The position numbers were made by a program, and so were the translations under genes. Positions 49,945 to 57,095 of a DNA stretch of 64,000 nt are shown here, piece by piece. Every line of letters starts with the position of its first letter. Position 1 is the stretch's first letter. The DNA is taken from positions 34,172 through 98,171 of the forward strand of contig NZ_JASGEF010000047.1 of the NCBI RefSeq assembly GCF_047606665.1. Reading direction: 5' to 3'. The stretch comes from Micropruina sp. Lineage in GTDB: Bacteria; Actinomycetota; Actinomycetes; Propionibacteriales; Propionibacteriaceae. The notes below the pieces were generated by a model. The model searched no databases, had not been told where the DNA came from, and worked only from the letters and a program-made list of their open reading frames with translations.

Positions 49945-50184
49945 TCAGGCCGCCTGGACGCGGGCCGCGGTCGCCTTGATCCGGTCTGGACGGAACCCGG
50001 CCCAATGCTCGTCGTCGGCGAAGACCACCGGGGCCTGCTGGTACCCGAGCTCCATCACCTGGGCGAGCGCCTGCTCGTCGGCCGACAGGTCGACGACATC
50101 GTAGGACAGGCCGGCCCGGTCGAGCGCGCGGTAGGTGGCGGTGCACTGCACGCACGAGGGCTTGCTGTAGACGGTGATCGTCAT
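49945..50184 (-). CDS. nrdH: Glutaredoxin-like protein NrdH
   Basis: [22 protein letters not shown].. (CVQC redox motif) ..WAGFRPD. 79 aa. Confidence 0.93.
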   Translation of the reverse strand: MTITVYSKPSCVQCTATYRALDRAGLSYDVVDLSADEQALAQVMELGYQQAPVVFADDEHWAGFRPDRIKATAARVQAA

Positions 50185-50246
50185 GGCTGCGGGTCCTTCC
50201 GGGGCTGTGTGTTACATCGGTGTAGTTCCATCGATGTCAGTCACGG

Positions 50247-50294
50247 ACACTACACATATGGGTCAGCTCGCGCAAGAACCACTAGATCTTGTGT
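50247..50294 (-). promoter_or_regulatory. Tandem NrdR boxes overlapping a proximal nrdH promoter
   Basis: In the minus-strand sense, ACACAAGATCTAGTGG (50279-50294) matches 13/16 of the remembered consensus acaCwAtATaTwGtgt, and CCCATATGTGTAGTGT (50247-50262) matches 11/16. Centres are 32 bp apart. -35 TTGCGC (50270-50275), a 17-nt spacer and -10 TAGTGT (50247-50252) fit a promoter. Confidence 0.55.
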
Positions 50295-50631
50295 TGCGTG
50301 TCGTCGCCTACCGTTGTGTGGGCATGGCGGAGCCCCGCCCGACCGGGTGGCGGCCGGCGACGCGAGGAGTGCCTAGCGAGGCCTGGATGCCGTGGATCGG
50401 CGGTGATGAGTGGGGAAGGATGTGCCGGTTTCAGGCCGGGAGCGACGCTCCCTTTCGATGCTCCGGACGGGGTGGCGCGGAGCGCAGCGGTCGCCACATC
50501 GTGGTCATCAACTCTCCTTCGCGAGTTGCTCCCGGCCCGCGGTGAGCGGGGCCGCCTTCGACCCGAGCCGAAGCTCTGGCCGTCCGGCGGAACCGTCGTG
50601 GCGGACGTTCTCCCGGCCCGCGGTCGTCGGG

Positions 50632-50815
50632 CCGGACGCTGGCAGGTCTTCGGACTCTCGGGCTCGGATCGTCCGATCCACCTACTGTCCGTCGCTTCCC
50701 AGGCCGTCGGCCCAGTGCTCGAGACGGAGGTCGTTCCCGATGACCGCTGCGGGGCAGTCCCGGATTCTCACCGGGTTCCCTCTTGCCTCTCCGTCGCCGA
50801 GACGGCGGAGAACCA
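50632..50815 (-). promoter_or_regulatory. Cobalamin (B12) riboswitch aptamer
   Basis: The minus strand reads AAGAGGGAACCCGGTGAGAATCCGGGACTGCCCCGCAGCGGTCATCGGGAACGACC...GAGCACTGGGCC..CCTGGGAAGCGACGG...GAGAGTCCGAAGACCTGCCAGCG. It contains the conserved GGGAA-GGTG-AA-CC core, GCACTG, GGGAAG and the B12 box AGTCCGAAGACCTGCC (50641-50656). Confidence 0.85.
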
Positions 50816-50895
50816 GTCGCGGGCCCGACTCTACGACAGCCGGACGCGGCGACACGATTGGTCGGCGTGTCGCGGCGTGGCGGGCGAGCGATCTA

Positions 50896-50922
50896 TCTTG
50901 CTACGCAAGGTACCTGGTAATA
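50896..50922. promoter_or_regulatory. Small inverted repeats in the padR upstream region (operator candidate)
   Basis: CTTGC-TAC-GCAAG (50896-50908) is followed by GGTACC / TACC-T-GGTA. This is an AT-richer stretch 10-35 nt before the padR ATG. Confidence 0.25.
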
Positions 50923-50932
50923 CGATGGACGC

Positions 50933-51274
50933 ATGTCCGGTGATCCAGGCCACTGGGGGTCGCAGTTGCGCAAGGGCGTGCTCGAGCTGGCGGTCCTCGG
51001 GCTGCTGGCCAAAGAGCAGCGCTACGGCTCCAGCCTGGTCGACGACCTCGGCGACCGTCCGGGCCTGGCGCTCACCGCGGGCACCGTCTACCCGCTGTTG
51101 GCCCGGCTGGCCAAGGCCGGCCTGGTCAGCGCCAGCTGGCAGGAATCGCCGGTCGGCCCGCCACGCAAGTACTACACGCTGACCGCCGCCGGCCGGCGCC
51201 GGCTGGACGCCATGGCCCAGGAGTTCGCCGCGGTGGCGGCGGCACTGGGCGACATTCTGAAGGGGGAGTCATGA
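50933..51274 (+). CDS. PadR family transcriptional regulator
   Basis: ..LRKGVLELAVLGLLAKEQRYGSSLVDDL......TAGTVYPLLARLAKAGLVSASW..SPVGPPRKYYTLTAAG is the classic PadR wHTH. Confidence 0.92.
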   Translation: MSGDPGHWGSQLRKGVLELAVLGLLAKEQRYGSSLVDDLGDRPGLALTAGTVYPLLARLAKAGLVSASWQESPVGPPRKYYTLTAAGRRRLDAMAQEFAAVAAALGDILKGES

Positions 51275-52119
51275 TCCGCACCATCGACGAACTGCGTCCC
51301 GACGCACGGGCGGTCGCTCAGGGCTTCCTGGACGCCGCGACCGAGGCCACCCGGCGCGGCCTGCGCTCCGACGTCCGCGCCGATCTGACCGCCCACCTGT
51401 GCGAGCGGCTAAGGTCGAGCGCGACCCTGGCCGACGTCGAGGAGGTCCTGGCTGGGTTGCGTCCCGACGACCTCGCCGCACGTGCGGGCCTCGGGTGGCC
51501 GTCCGGACTGCGACCGCGCGGGCTGCTCACCCGGATCGCCAAGATCTGGTGGCGGCCCAGCGATCCGCGATTGCTGTTGCCCCGCGCCGTCGGTCTGGGC
51601 TGGGACGTCAACCTCGGGGCGGTCGCCGTCCGGCTCCAGCTGATCGAACCGGACGCCGAGGCGGTGCCCTTCACCTCCACGCGGGAGGCCGCTTTCCGGC
51701 TGGCGGCCGCACTCCCGGTCGCGCTCGCCGGTGCCACGGCGCTGCACTACGCCGTCCGCGGACGCTCCTTGCCGCCGCGCCTGGCGTCGCACTGGGATGC
51801 CGGCGGACGTCCGGACCGGTGGGTGTCCAAGGAGCGCGCCGCGCTGATCGACATCGGGGCGACGGCCGGCGCTGCGGCGTTGGCCGGATGGGCCGCCGTC
51901 ACCGCTAGCGTCGGACCCACTCGAGCCGCCGCACTGGCCGGCGCGACGATGGCGGCCACCCTCGGCGCGAGCGTGACGGTCGCCCGTCCGGCCCGTGGCG
52001 GGGTCTGGCTGAACCCGGCGATGCTGACCGCCCTGGGCGCCGGCGTGGGCGGGGTGCTGCTGGGCCTGGCCCGCGCCGGACGCCGGGTTGAGATCGACCG
52101 CGACCTCGGGAACCGCTGA
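51271..52119 (+). CDS. Membrane protein with DUF1700-like N-terminus and DUF1648-like segment (PadR-associated)
   Basis: The ATG overlaps the padR stop. Segments: ..FLDAATEATRRGLRSDVRADLTAHLCERL.. (HAAS/DUF1700-like), ..LGWDVNLGA.., ..SHWDAGGRPDRWVSK.. (DUF1648-like), and several TM segments. Domain names are from memory. Confidence 0.65.
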   Translation: MIRTIDELRPDARAVAQGFLDAATEATRRGLRSDVRADLTAHLCERLRSSATLADVEEVLAGLRPDDLAARAGLGWPSGLRPRGLLTRIAKIWWRPSDPRLLLPRAVGLGWDVNLGAVAVRLQLIEPDAEAVPFTSTREAAFRLAAALPVALAGATALHYAVRGRSLPPRLASHWDAGGRPDRWVSKERAALIDIGATAGAAALAGWAAVTASVGPTRAAALAGATMAATLGASVTVARPARGGVWLNPAMLTALGAGVGGVLLGLARAGRRVEIDRDLGNR

Positions 52120-52187
52120 CCATGTCCTGCCTGAGGCCCCCTGGTGGTGCCCGAGTCCGGATGAGTCCGCGCTGAGGCCGGTATCGG

Positions 52188-52547
52188 TCAGGTAGCCGTG
52201 CAGCACCCGCCGCCTGGTTGATTCGAGGGTCGCGCACGCCGTAGAGCAGCGTCACCGGCGCGTGCTCGCGGCCGATCTCGCGCAGCATCTCGACAGCTGC
52301 GTTGGCGTCCAGCTCGGCCCGATAGCGGGCGGTGAACTCGGCGAGCCGATCCGGGTCGTGGTTCCACCACTTCCGGGCTCCGGACTCGGCGCCACCTCGG
52401 ACGGCCGCCGATCGAGGGCGGCGGCGTCCTTCGAGACTCCCCGCGGCCACAGCCGGTCGACCAGGATGCGGTAGCCGTCCGACGGCTCGACCGGCTCGTA
52501 GACCGCTTGCTGCGGAAGGTGTCCGCAGCGTGGCCAGGTTTGGTCAT
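52188..52547 (-). pseudogene. DUF488 family protein disrupted by at least three frame changes
   Basis: ATG 52547 follows AAAGGGG. Family segments lie in different frames: MTKPGHAADTFRSKR / VYEPVEPSDGYRILVDRLWPRGVSKDAAALD / RKWWNHDPDRLAEFTARYRAELDANAAVEMLREIGREHAPVTLLYGVRDPRINQAA / VLHGY. Frame changes are near 52503, 52375 and 52208. Confidence 0.7.
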
Positions 52548-52570
52548 CGCCCCTTTGGTACGGCACAGGT

Positions 52571-52597
52571 GATTTTACAATTGGATTGTGAAAAATC
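52571..52597. promoter_or_regulatory. AT-rich imperfect palindrome in a divergent intergenic region
   Basis: GATTTTACAAT-TGG-ATTGTGAAAAATC lies between the DUF488 remnant (minus) and the small membrane protein gene (plus). It stands out in a GC-rich context. Confidence 0.35.
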
Positions 52598-52683
52598 GAG
52601 ACTCCGGTCAACCCCTTGGCCGGGCCGTTCCGCAGGTAGGGCGACCAGGCTGTTCGTGCTGACCGACGAAAGGAGGAATCGCG

Positions 52684-52962
52684 ATGCGTACCGGCAAAGA
52701 GTCGTTCGCCCGGCAGCAGGAGGCCGTCCGCTCGGTGTTGAAGAGGTGGTGGTGGGCCGGCGTGGTAGCTGTGCTGGTGGCCTATGCGGTCGCCTTGGCC
52801 GGCGTGCTGTCAGAGAACGGAGTGCTGGGCATGCCGCACCCGCTGTGCGGATTCCTGTCCGCGATGGCGGCGCTGGGTGGCATGGGTCTGGCGATCTGGC
52901 GCGGCTTCATGGAGGCGGATCGGTCCACGATCCAACGGACGCCGTCCGGCGCCCGGCGCTGA
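52684..52962 (+). CDS. Small two-TM membrane protein of unknown function
   Basis: Strong RBS AAAGGAGGA lies 6 nt before the ATG. Two hydrophobic helices are present (WWWAGVVAVLVAYAVALAGVL and LCGFLSAMAALGGMGLAIW). Confidence 0.5.
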   Translation: MRTGKESFARQQEAVRSVLKRWWWAGVVAVLVAYAVALAGVLSENGVLGMPHPLCGFLSAMAALGGMGLAIWRGFMEADRSTIQRTPSGARR

Positions 52963-53091
52963 CGAATCGAGCGCGGGACTCGCTCGTCAAAGCCCCTCCA
53001 TCGTCATCACGGACCTGCTCCGGGATCTCTCCCGCCTGGGATCCCGGATCATTCCCGGGATACGTGAATGATCAGCGTTTCACTGAGAGGC

Positions 53092-54219
53092 TCAGGGTGC
53101 GGACAGCGCCTGGATCCCGCCTTCGAGGACCCGGACGTCGGCGTAGCCGCGCGCGCGGAGACCGGCGGCGGCGATCTCGGCACGGCCGCCGCTGCGGCAG
53201 ATCACCAGGATTGCACCGTCGTCCGGGACGCCGTCGAGGGCGCCCTCCAGGAGTGCCGGCAGGGGAATGTTCACCGAGCCGCGAATCCGCTCGGCGGCGA
53301 ACTCGTCCGGCCCGCGCACGTCGAGCAGGAACGCCGACCCCGGCTCCGGCAACGTTAAGACCCGGACACCGCCGTCCGCCTCGGCCGGGGGAGTGGCCGC
53401 ACCGCGCGCGGCGGCAGGGGTGACGGCCGGCTCGGCTGCCGACGGGCCGGGGTTCGCGCGGCGCACCGGTACCTCGTCCCAGCGTCCGGCAAGCACGTCG
53501 ATGACCAGGACGCGGCCCAGCAGCGGGCGTCCGATGCCGGTGATCAGCTTGATCGCCTCCATCGCCATCACCGAGCCGGCCTGCGCGCACACCGCGCCGA
53601 CCACGCCCGCCTCGGCGCACGACGGCACGGTGCCGGCCGGCGGCGGCTCGGGGAACACGTCCCGCAGCTGGACGCCACGGCCGTCCGGGGCGGCGTCCCA
53701 GAACACGGCGACCTGGGCGGCGAACCCCAGCACCGACCCCCACACCAACGGCTTTCCAGCTGCCACGCAGGCATCGTTGACCAGGTAGCGGGTGGGGAAA
53801 TTGTCGGTACCGTCGATCACCAGGTCGTAGTCGGCCACCAGTCCGGCGATCGTGCCAGGGTCGACCCGGAGGCCGTGCCGCCGGATGGTCACGGTCGGGT
53901 TCAGGGCGGCCACGGCGTCCGCGGCCGAGTCGACCTTGGGACGTCCAATGCCGGCATCGGTGTGGATCACCTGCCGATGCAGATTGGACAGCTCGACCCG
54001 ATCGGAGTCGACCACTCCGATCGTGCCGACGCCCGCCGCGGCCAGATACAGCAACACGGGGGCGCCGAGGCCGCCGGCCCCGATCACCAGGACCCGCGCC
54101 GCGGCCAGCCGGCGCTGCCCGTCGACGCCGACCTCGCTCAGGATCATCTGCCGCGAATAGCGCGCCAGCGCATCGGCGTCCAAGGTGCCGGTCGGCGGCA
54201 CCAGCGGCGGCAATGTCAT
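53092..54219 (-). CDS. moeZ: MoeB/ThiF-family adenylyltransferase with C-terminal rhodanese domain (MoeZ-type sulfur-carrier activating enzyme)
   Basis: RYSRQMILSEVGVDGQRRLAAARVLVIGAGGLGAPVLLYLAAAGVGTIGVVDSDRVELSNLHRQ, and a rhodanese active-site loop ILVICRSGGRA. Confidence 0.88.
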   Translation of the reverse strand: MTLPPLVPPTGTLDADALARYSRQMILSEVGVDGQRRLAAARVLVIGAGGLGAPVLLYLAAAGVGTIGVVDSDRVELSNLHRQVIHTDAGIGRPKVDSAADAVAALNPTVTIRRHGLRVDPGTIAGLVADYDLVIDGTDNFPTRYLVNDACVAAGKPLVWGSVLGFAAQVAVFWDAAPDGRGVQLRDVFPEPPPAGTVPSCAEAGVVGAVCAQAGSVMAMEAIKLITGIGRPLLGRVLVIDVLAGRWDEVPVRRANPGPSAAEPAVTPAAARGAATPPAEADGGVRVLTLPEPGSAFLLDVRGPDEFAAERIRGSVNIPLPALLEGALDGVPDDGAILVICRSGGRAEIAAAGLRARGYADVRVLEGGIQALSAP

Positions 54220-54252
54220 GGATTAACCCTAGAAGATCGGTGGAACCCTTCG

Positions 54253-54717
54253 ATGTCTGACAACATCCGCGTCGTCCGGACCGCATCGAGGCTCGCCGTC
54301 CGGTGCCGCCCGGAGACGACCCCGCGACGGCGTCCGCGACGCGGGGGGTCCGATGGCGGTGGGAGAGGCATCAGCATCCTGCGCGTGGAGGCGCTGCCCA
54401 AGCAGATCGCCTCAGTCGCCGATCAGGTCCAAGAGTGGGTGTGGGACGAGTTGTGGGGCCGGCAGGCGCCGACCAACTGGCCTGTTTGCCCCAGGCATCC
54501 CGATAGTCACCCGATGAAGGCCACCGCGCAGGGGGCCGCCGGGGTGTGGGCATGCCCGAACGATGACGCCGTCATCAACGCCACAACGGCTGCTGAGCGC
54601 ATCGGGCTGCGTGCGCTCATCGTCGATGCACTCGACGGCAAGGCCGCGGCGTTCTATGCGCGACACGGGTTCAAACCGTTCACCGGCAAACCTCTGCGCC
54701 TGTTCCACCGCCTGTAG
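54253..54717 (+). CDS. Chimeric ORF: small Cys/His-containing protein fused to the C-terminal ~45 aa of a TacT-like GNAT toxin
   Basis: The middle part reads ..QVQEWVWDELWGRQAPTNWPVCPRHPDSHPMKA..GVWACPNDDAVI. The C-terminus AERIGLRALIVDALDGKAAAFYARHGFKPFTGKPLRLFHRL resembles the last helices of DUF1778-associated GNAT toxins; this is from memory. No N-terminal GNAT part is present. Confidence 0.4.
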   Translation: MSDNIRVVRTASRLAVRCRPETTPRRRPRRGGSDGGGRGISILRVEALPKQIASVADQVQEWVWDELWGRQAPTNWPVCPRHPDSHPMKATAQGAAGVWACPNDDAVINATTAAERIGLRALIVDALDGKAAAFYARHGFKPFTGKPLRLFHRL

Positions 54718-54952
54718 CCAAGCCTGCGCCCCTCCCAGCGTCGCGAGGCTCCCAGGCACTTAACCGTGATGCCCCGGTGTGGGGCGGCCTGACTGGGCGG
54801 TCCTATTGACCGGGTTTATGACGGTCAGTTCGGGAACGGTGGCGAAGTCGCGTTCGTTTCGGTTGCGAGTCGCCCGCCTTGGGTAGGCAGATCTGGGACC
54901 GCCCGGCACGTGTAGTCCGAATCTGGCACATAGCTGGCACGAAATGATTCGA

Positions 54953-54988
54953 CCCCTAGCCAATGAGCACTTGACTAGGGGTTTCTCT
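54953..54988. terminator. Hairpin abutting the tRNA-Leu 3' end (bidirectional terminator candidate)
   Basis: CCCCTAG-(15 nt)-CTAGGGG is followed by TTTCTCT on the plus strand. On the minus strand it lies directly downstream of the tRNA. Confidence 0.45.
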
Positions 54989-55076
54989 GGTGTCCGAGAG
55001 AGGACTTGAACCTCCACGCCCTGCAAAGGGCACTAGCACCTCAAGCTAGCGCGTCTACCTATTCCGCCACCCGGAC
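54988..55076 (-). tRNA. tRNA-Leu (anticodon GAG)
   Basis: The minus strand reads GTCCGGGTGGCGGAATAGGTAGACGCGCTAGCTTGAGGTGCTAGTGCCCTTTGCAGGGCGTGGAGGTTCAAGTCCTCTCTCGGACACCA. It has a 7-bp acceptor stem (one G-U), anticodon stem CTAGC/GCTAG with loop TTGAGGT, a long variable arm, a T-loop TTCAAGT, and an encoded CCA. Confidence 0.93.
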
Positions 55077-55819
55077 AGGGTGCTCCCGGCTGGCCCGGGC
55101 AACTACGTCAGCATATCTGTGCGGCGGGTGCCTGCTCAACTTGGCGGCCGGTGCGGACGCCACCGCTGGTCCGGGGCCCACGCGGACGGGTGTGCGGGTT
55201 GCCGATCCTGCGAGCAGAGGTCCCGCTCCCTCCGTGGACGAGCCTGGCGGTCGAGGGCGAGGCCACGCCGCGCGTCCGGTCGGTCCGGCGTCCTGAGGCG
55301 ACCGGATCGGCGAGATCTGTCACAGCGACGACTGCAATCTGCCATTTGGGGGCTAATCTATTCGGCGTCCGCGACCGCGGGACGAGGGCGTGACCCTTGA
55401 CAGTCAGGAAAGCTCGTGCGGTCCGAAACCGCTTCTCTCCAGCGTCGGATCGACACGGAAATTCTCCTGGTCGTCTTTCCGAGAAATTTGGACGGCCGTC
55501 CGCACCTCTCCGCGCCGGACCTGCGGGGCATCCGACCGCTCCCGTGCACTTGCTATGCATACCGAGGGCGGCGTTCACCGAAGGGCGCGGCGTTCCCGAA
55601 GTCAACTGTGGACCATTGCGGTCTGCGGAGCGAGCCTCGAAGGCCGGCGCTGACGCCGATCGACGAGGTTGCCCAGCAGCCCAAACCGATCCGATAGCCC
55701 CTACCGCGACCCTCGTCCGCTGTCGATTGCGGCCGTCATTCGACGCGCCTTTTCGACACCGTCGTCGTGACGTAACACTGCTGTAGCAGCCGGCTGGGCA
55801 TAATCGGCCGGACAAATCT

Positions 55820-57070
55820 GTGACGGAAGAGAGACGGCAAGTGAGCAGTTCGAGCATCGCCGACAAGACCCAGGTGCTGAAGCGGCGGGTCGCTGAGGAT
55901 GTGGAGCGTCGCCGGGAGCAGTTGCTGGAGTTGAGTCGTGCGATCCATGCCAATCCGGAACTGTCCTGGAAGGAGTACGAGGCGTCCGCGCGGATCGCGG
56001 AGATCATGCGCGAGGCGGGCTTCGCCTCCGAGTTGGGCGCTTATGGCGTGGAGACCGCGGTCGAGGCGGTGATCGGCGACGGCGATCTCACGGTGGCGAT
56101 CTGCGCCGAGTACGACGCCCTGCCGGGCATTGGTCATGGCTGCGGCCACAACGTGATCGCCACCGCCGGCGTGGGTGCCGCGCTGGCCCTGGCGCCGGTG
56201 GCGCAGGAGGCCGGCCTGCGGGTCAAGCTGCTGGGCACCCCGGCCGAGGAGCACGGCGGTGGCAAGGTCGCCCTGCTCAAGGCCGGGGCCTGGGAGGACG
56301 TCGACTTCTCGATGATGGTGCACGGCATGACCGGCCAGGACGTCAGTGCCGCCGGCATGGCGTCCACCGCCGTGGATCGCTTCGAGGTGGTCTTCCACGG
56401 CCTCACCGCGCACGCCGCCGCGATGCCCGAACAGGGCATCAACGCCGCCTCTGCGGCGACGCTGGCACTGACCGCCATCGGACTGCTGCGCCAGACCGTC
56501 CCGAAGTCGACCAATATGAACGCGTTCGTCTCCCTCGGCGGCGAGGCCACCAACGTGATCCCCGACAAGGCGGTCGTCCAGGTGGAGTTGCGCGCCTTCG
56601 AGATCGACATCTGGCGAGCGCTGAAAAAGCGGGTACTGGCCTGCTTCGAGGGCGCCGCGATCGCCACCGGCTGCACCTGGGAGTGGGCGCCCACCGAGTT
56701 TCCCTATGCACCGGTGGACTCCGATCCGGCGCTGGCCGCGTTCTGGGACAGCAATCTGGTCGCCCGCGGACGAACAATCGCCCAGGTGTCAGGCGTCAGC
56801 GGCGGCTCCACCGACATGGGCAACGTCTCCCAGGTGCTGCCGGCCATCCACCCGATGATCGCCTTCCTCGGCGAGACCGGACCGGCCCACAACCCGAACT
56901 TCACCATCTCGGCCGCGACCCCGGCCGCCGACGACGCGGCCCTCGACGGCGCCGTCCTGCTCGCCTGGACGAGCCTGGACGCTGCGCTCGACCCGGACGT
57001 CCGCGCCGATCTGAAGCGACGCCGCGCCGAGCGGCCCGCCGGATCCACCCAGATCACCCTCGAAGCCTGA
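55820..57070 (+). CDS. M20 family metallopeptidase / amidohydrolase
   Basis: ..LSRAIHANPELSWKEYEASARIAEIMREAGF.., ..GHGCGHNVIA.., ..PAEEHGGGK.. are typical M20D (AbgB/aminoacylase-like) motifs. Confidence 0.88.
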   Translation: MTEERRQVSSSSIADKTQVLKRRVAEDVERRREQLLELSRAIHANPELSWKEYEASARIAEIMREAGFASELGAYGVETAVEAVIGDGDLTVAICAEYDALPGIGHGCGHNVIATAGVGAALALAPVAQEAGLRVKLLGTPAEEHGGGKVALLKAGAWEDVDFSMMVHGMTGQDVSAAGMASTAVDRFEVVFHGLTAHAAAMPEQGINAASAATLALTAIGLLRQTVPKSTNMNAFVSLGGEATNVIPDKAVVQVELRAFEIDIWRALKKRVLACFEGAAIATGCTWEWAPTEFPYAPVDSDPALAAFWDSNLVARGRTIAQVSGVSGGSTDMGNVSQVLPAIHPMIAFLGETGPAHNPNFTISAATPAADDAALDGAVLLAWTSLDAALDPDVRADLKRRRAERPAGSTQITLEA

Positions 57071-57095
57071 CCTCCGACCAACACGGGAGCCCGAA

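Noticed and set aside
50632-50932. Assigning the cobalamin riboswitch to the adjacent padR operon
   Set aside because: The aptamer is encoded on the minus strand and reads away from padR, so it can only act on minus-strand transcripts running towards nrdH.
54760-55026. 88-aa minus-strand ORF next to the tRNA
   Set aside because: It overlaps the tRNA-Leu gene and its terminator hairpin. It has no RBS and no recognisable motif.
55108-56007. 299-aa minus-strand ORF and several 60-130-aa ORFs in the 55.1-55.8 kb gap, and the idea that the gap encodes RNase P RNA, tmRNA or SRP RNA
   Set aside because: The translations have no family resemblance, and the long ORF runs antisense into the M20 gene. 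The hallmark sequences of the three RNAs were not found by eye on either strand. The region is reported only as unexplained.
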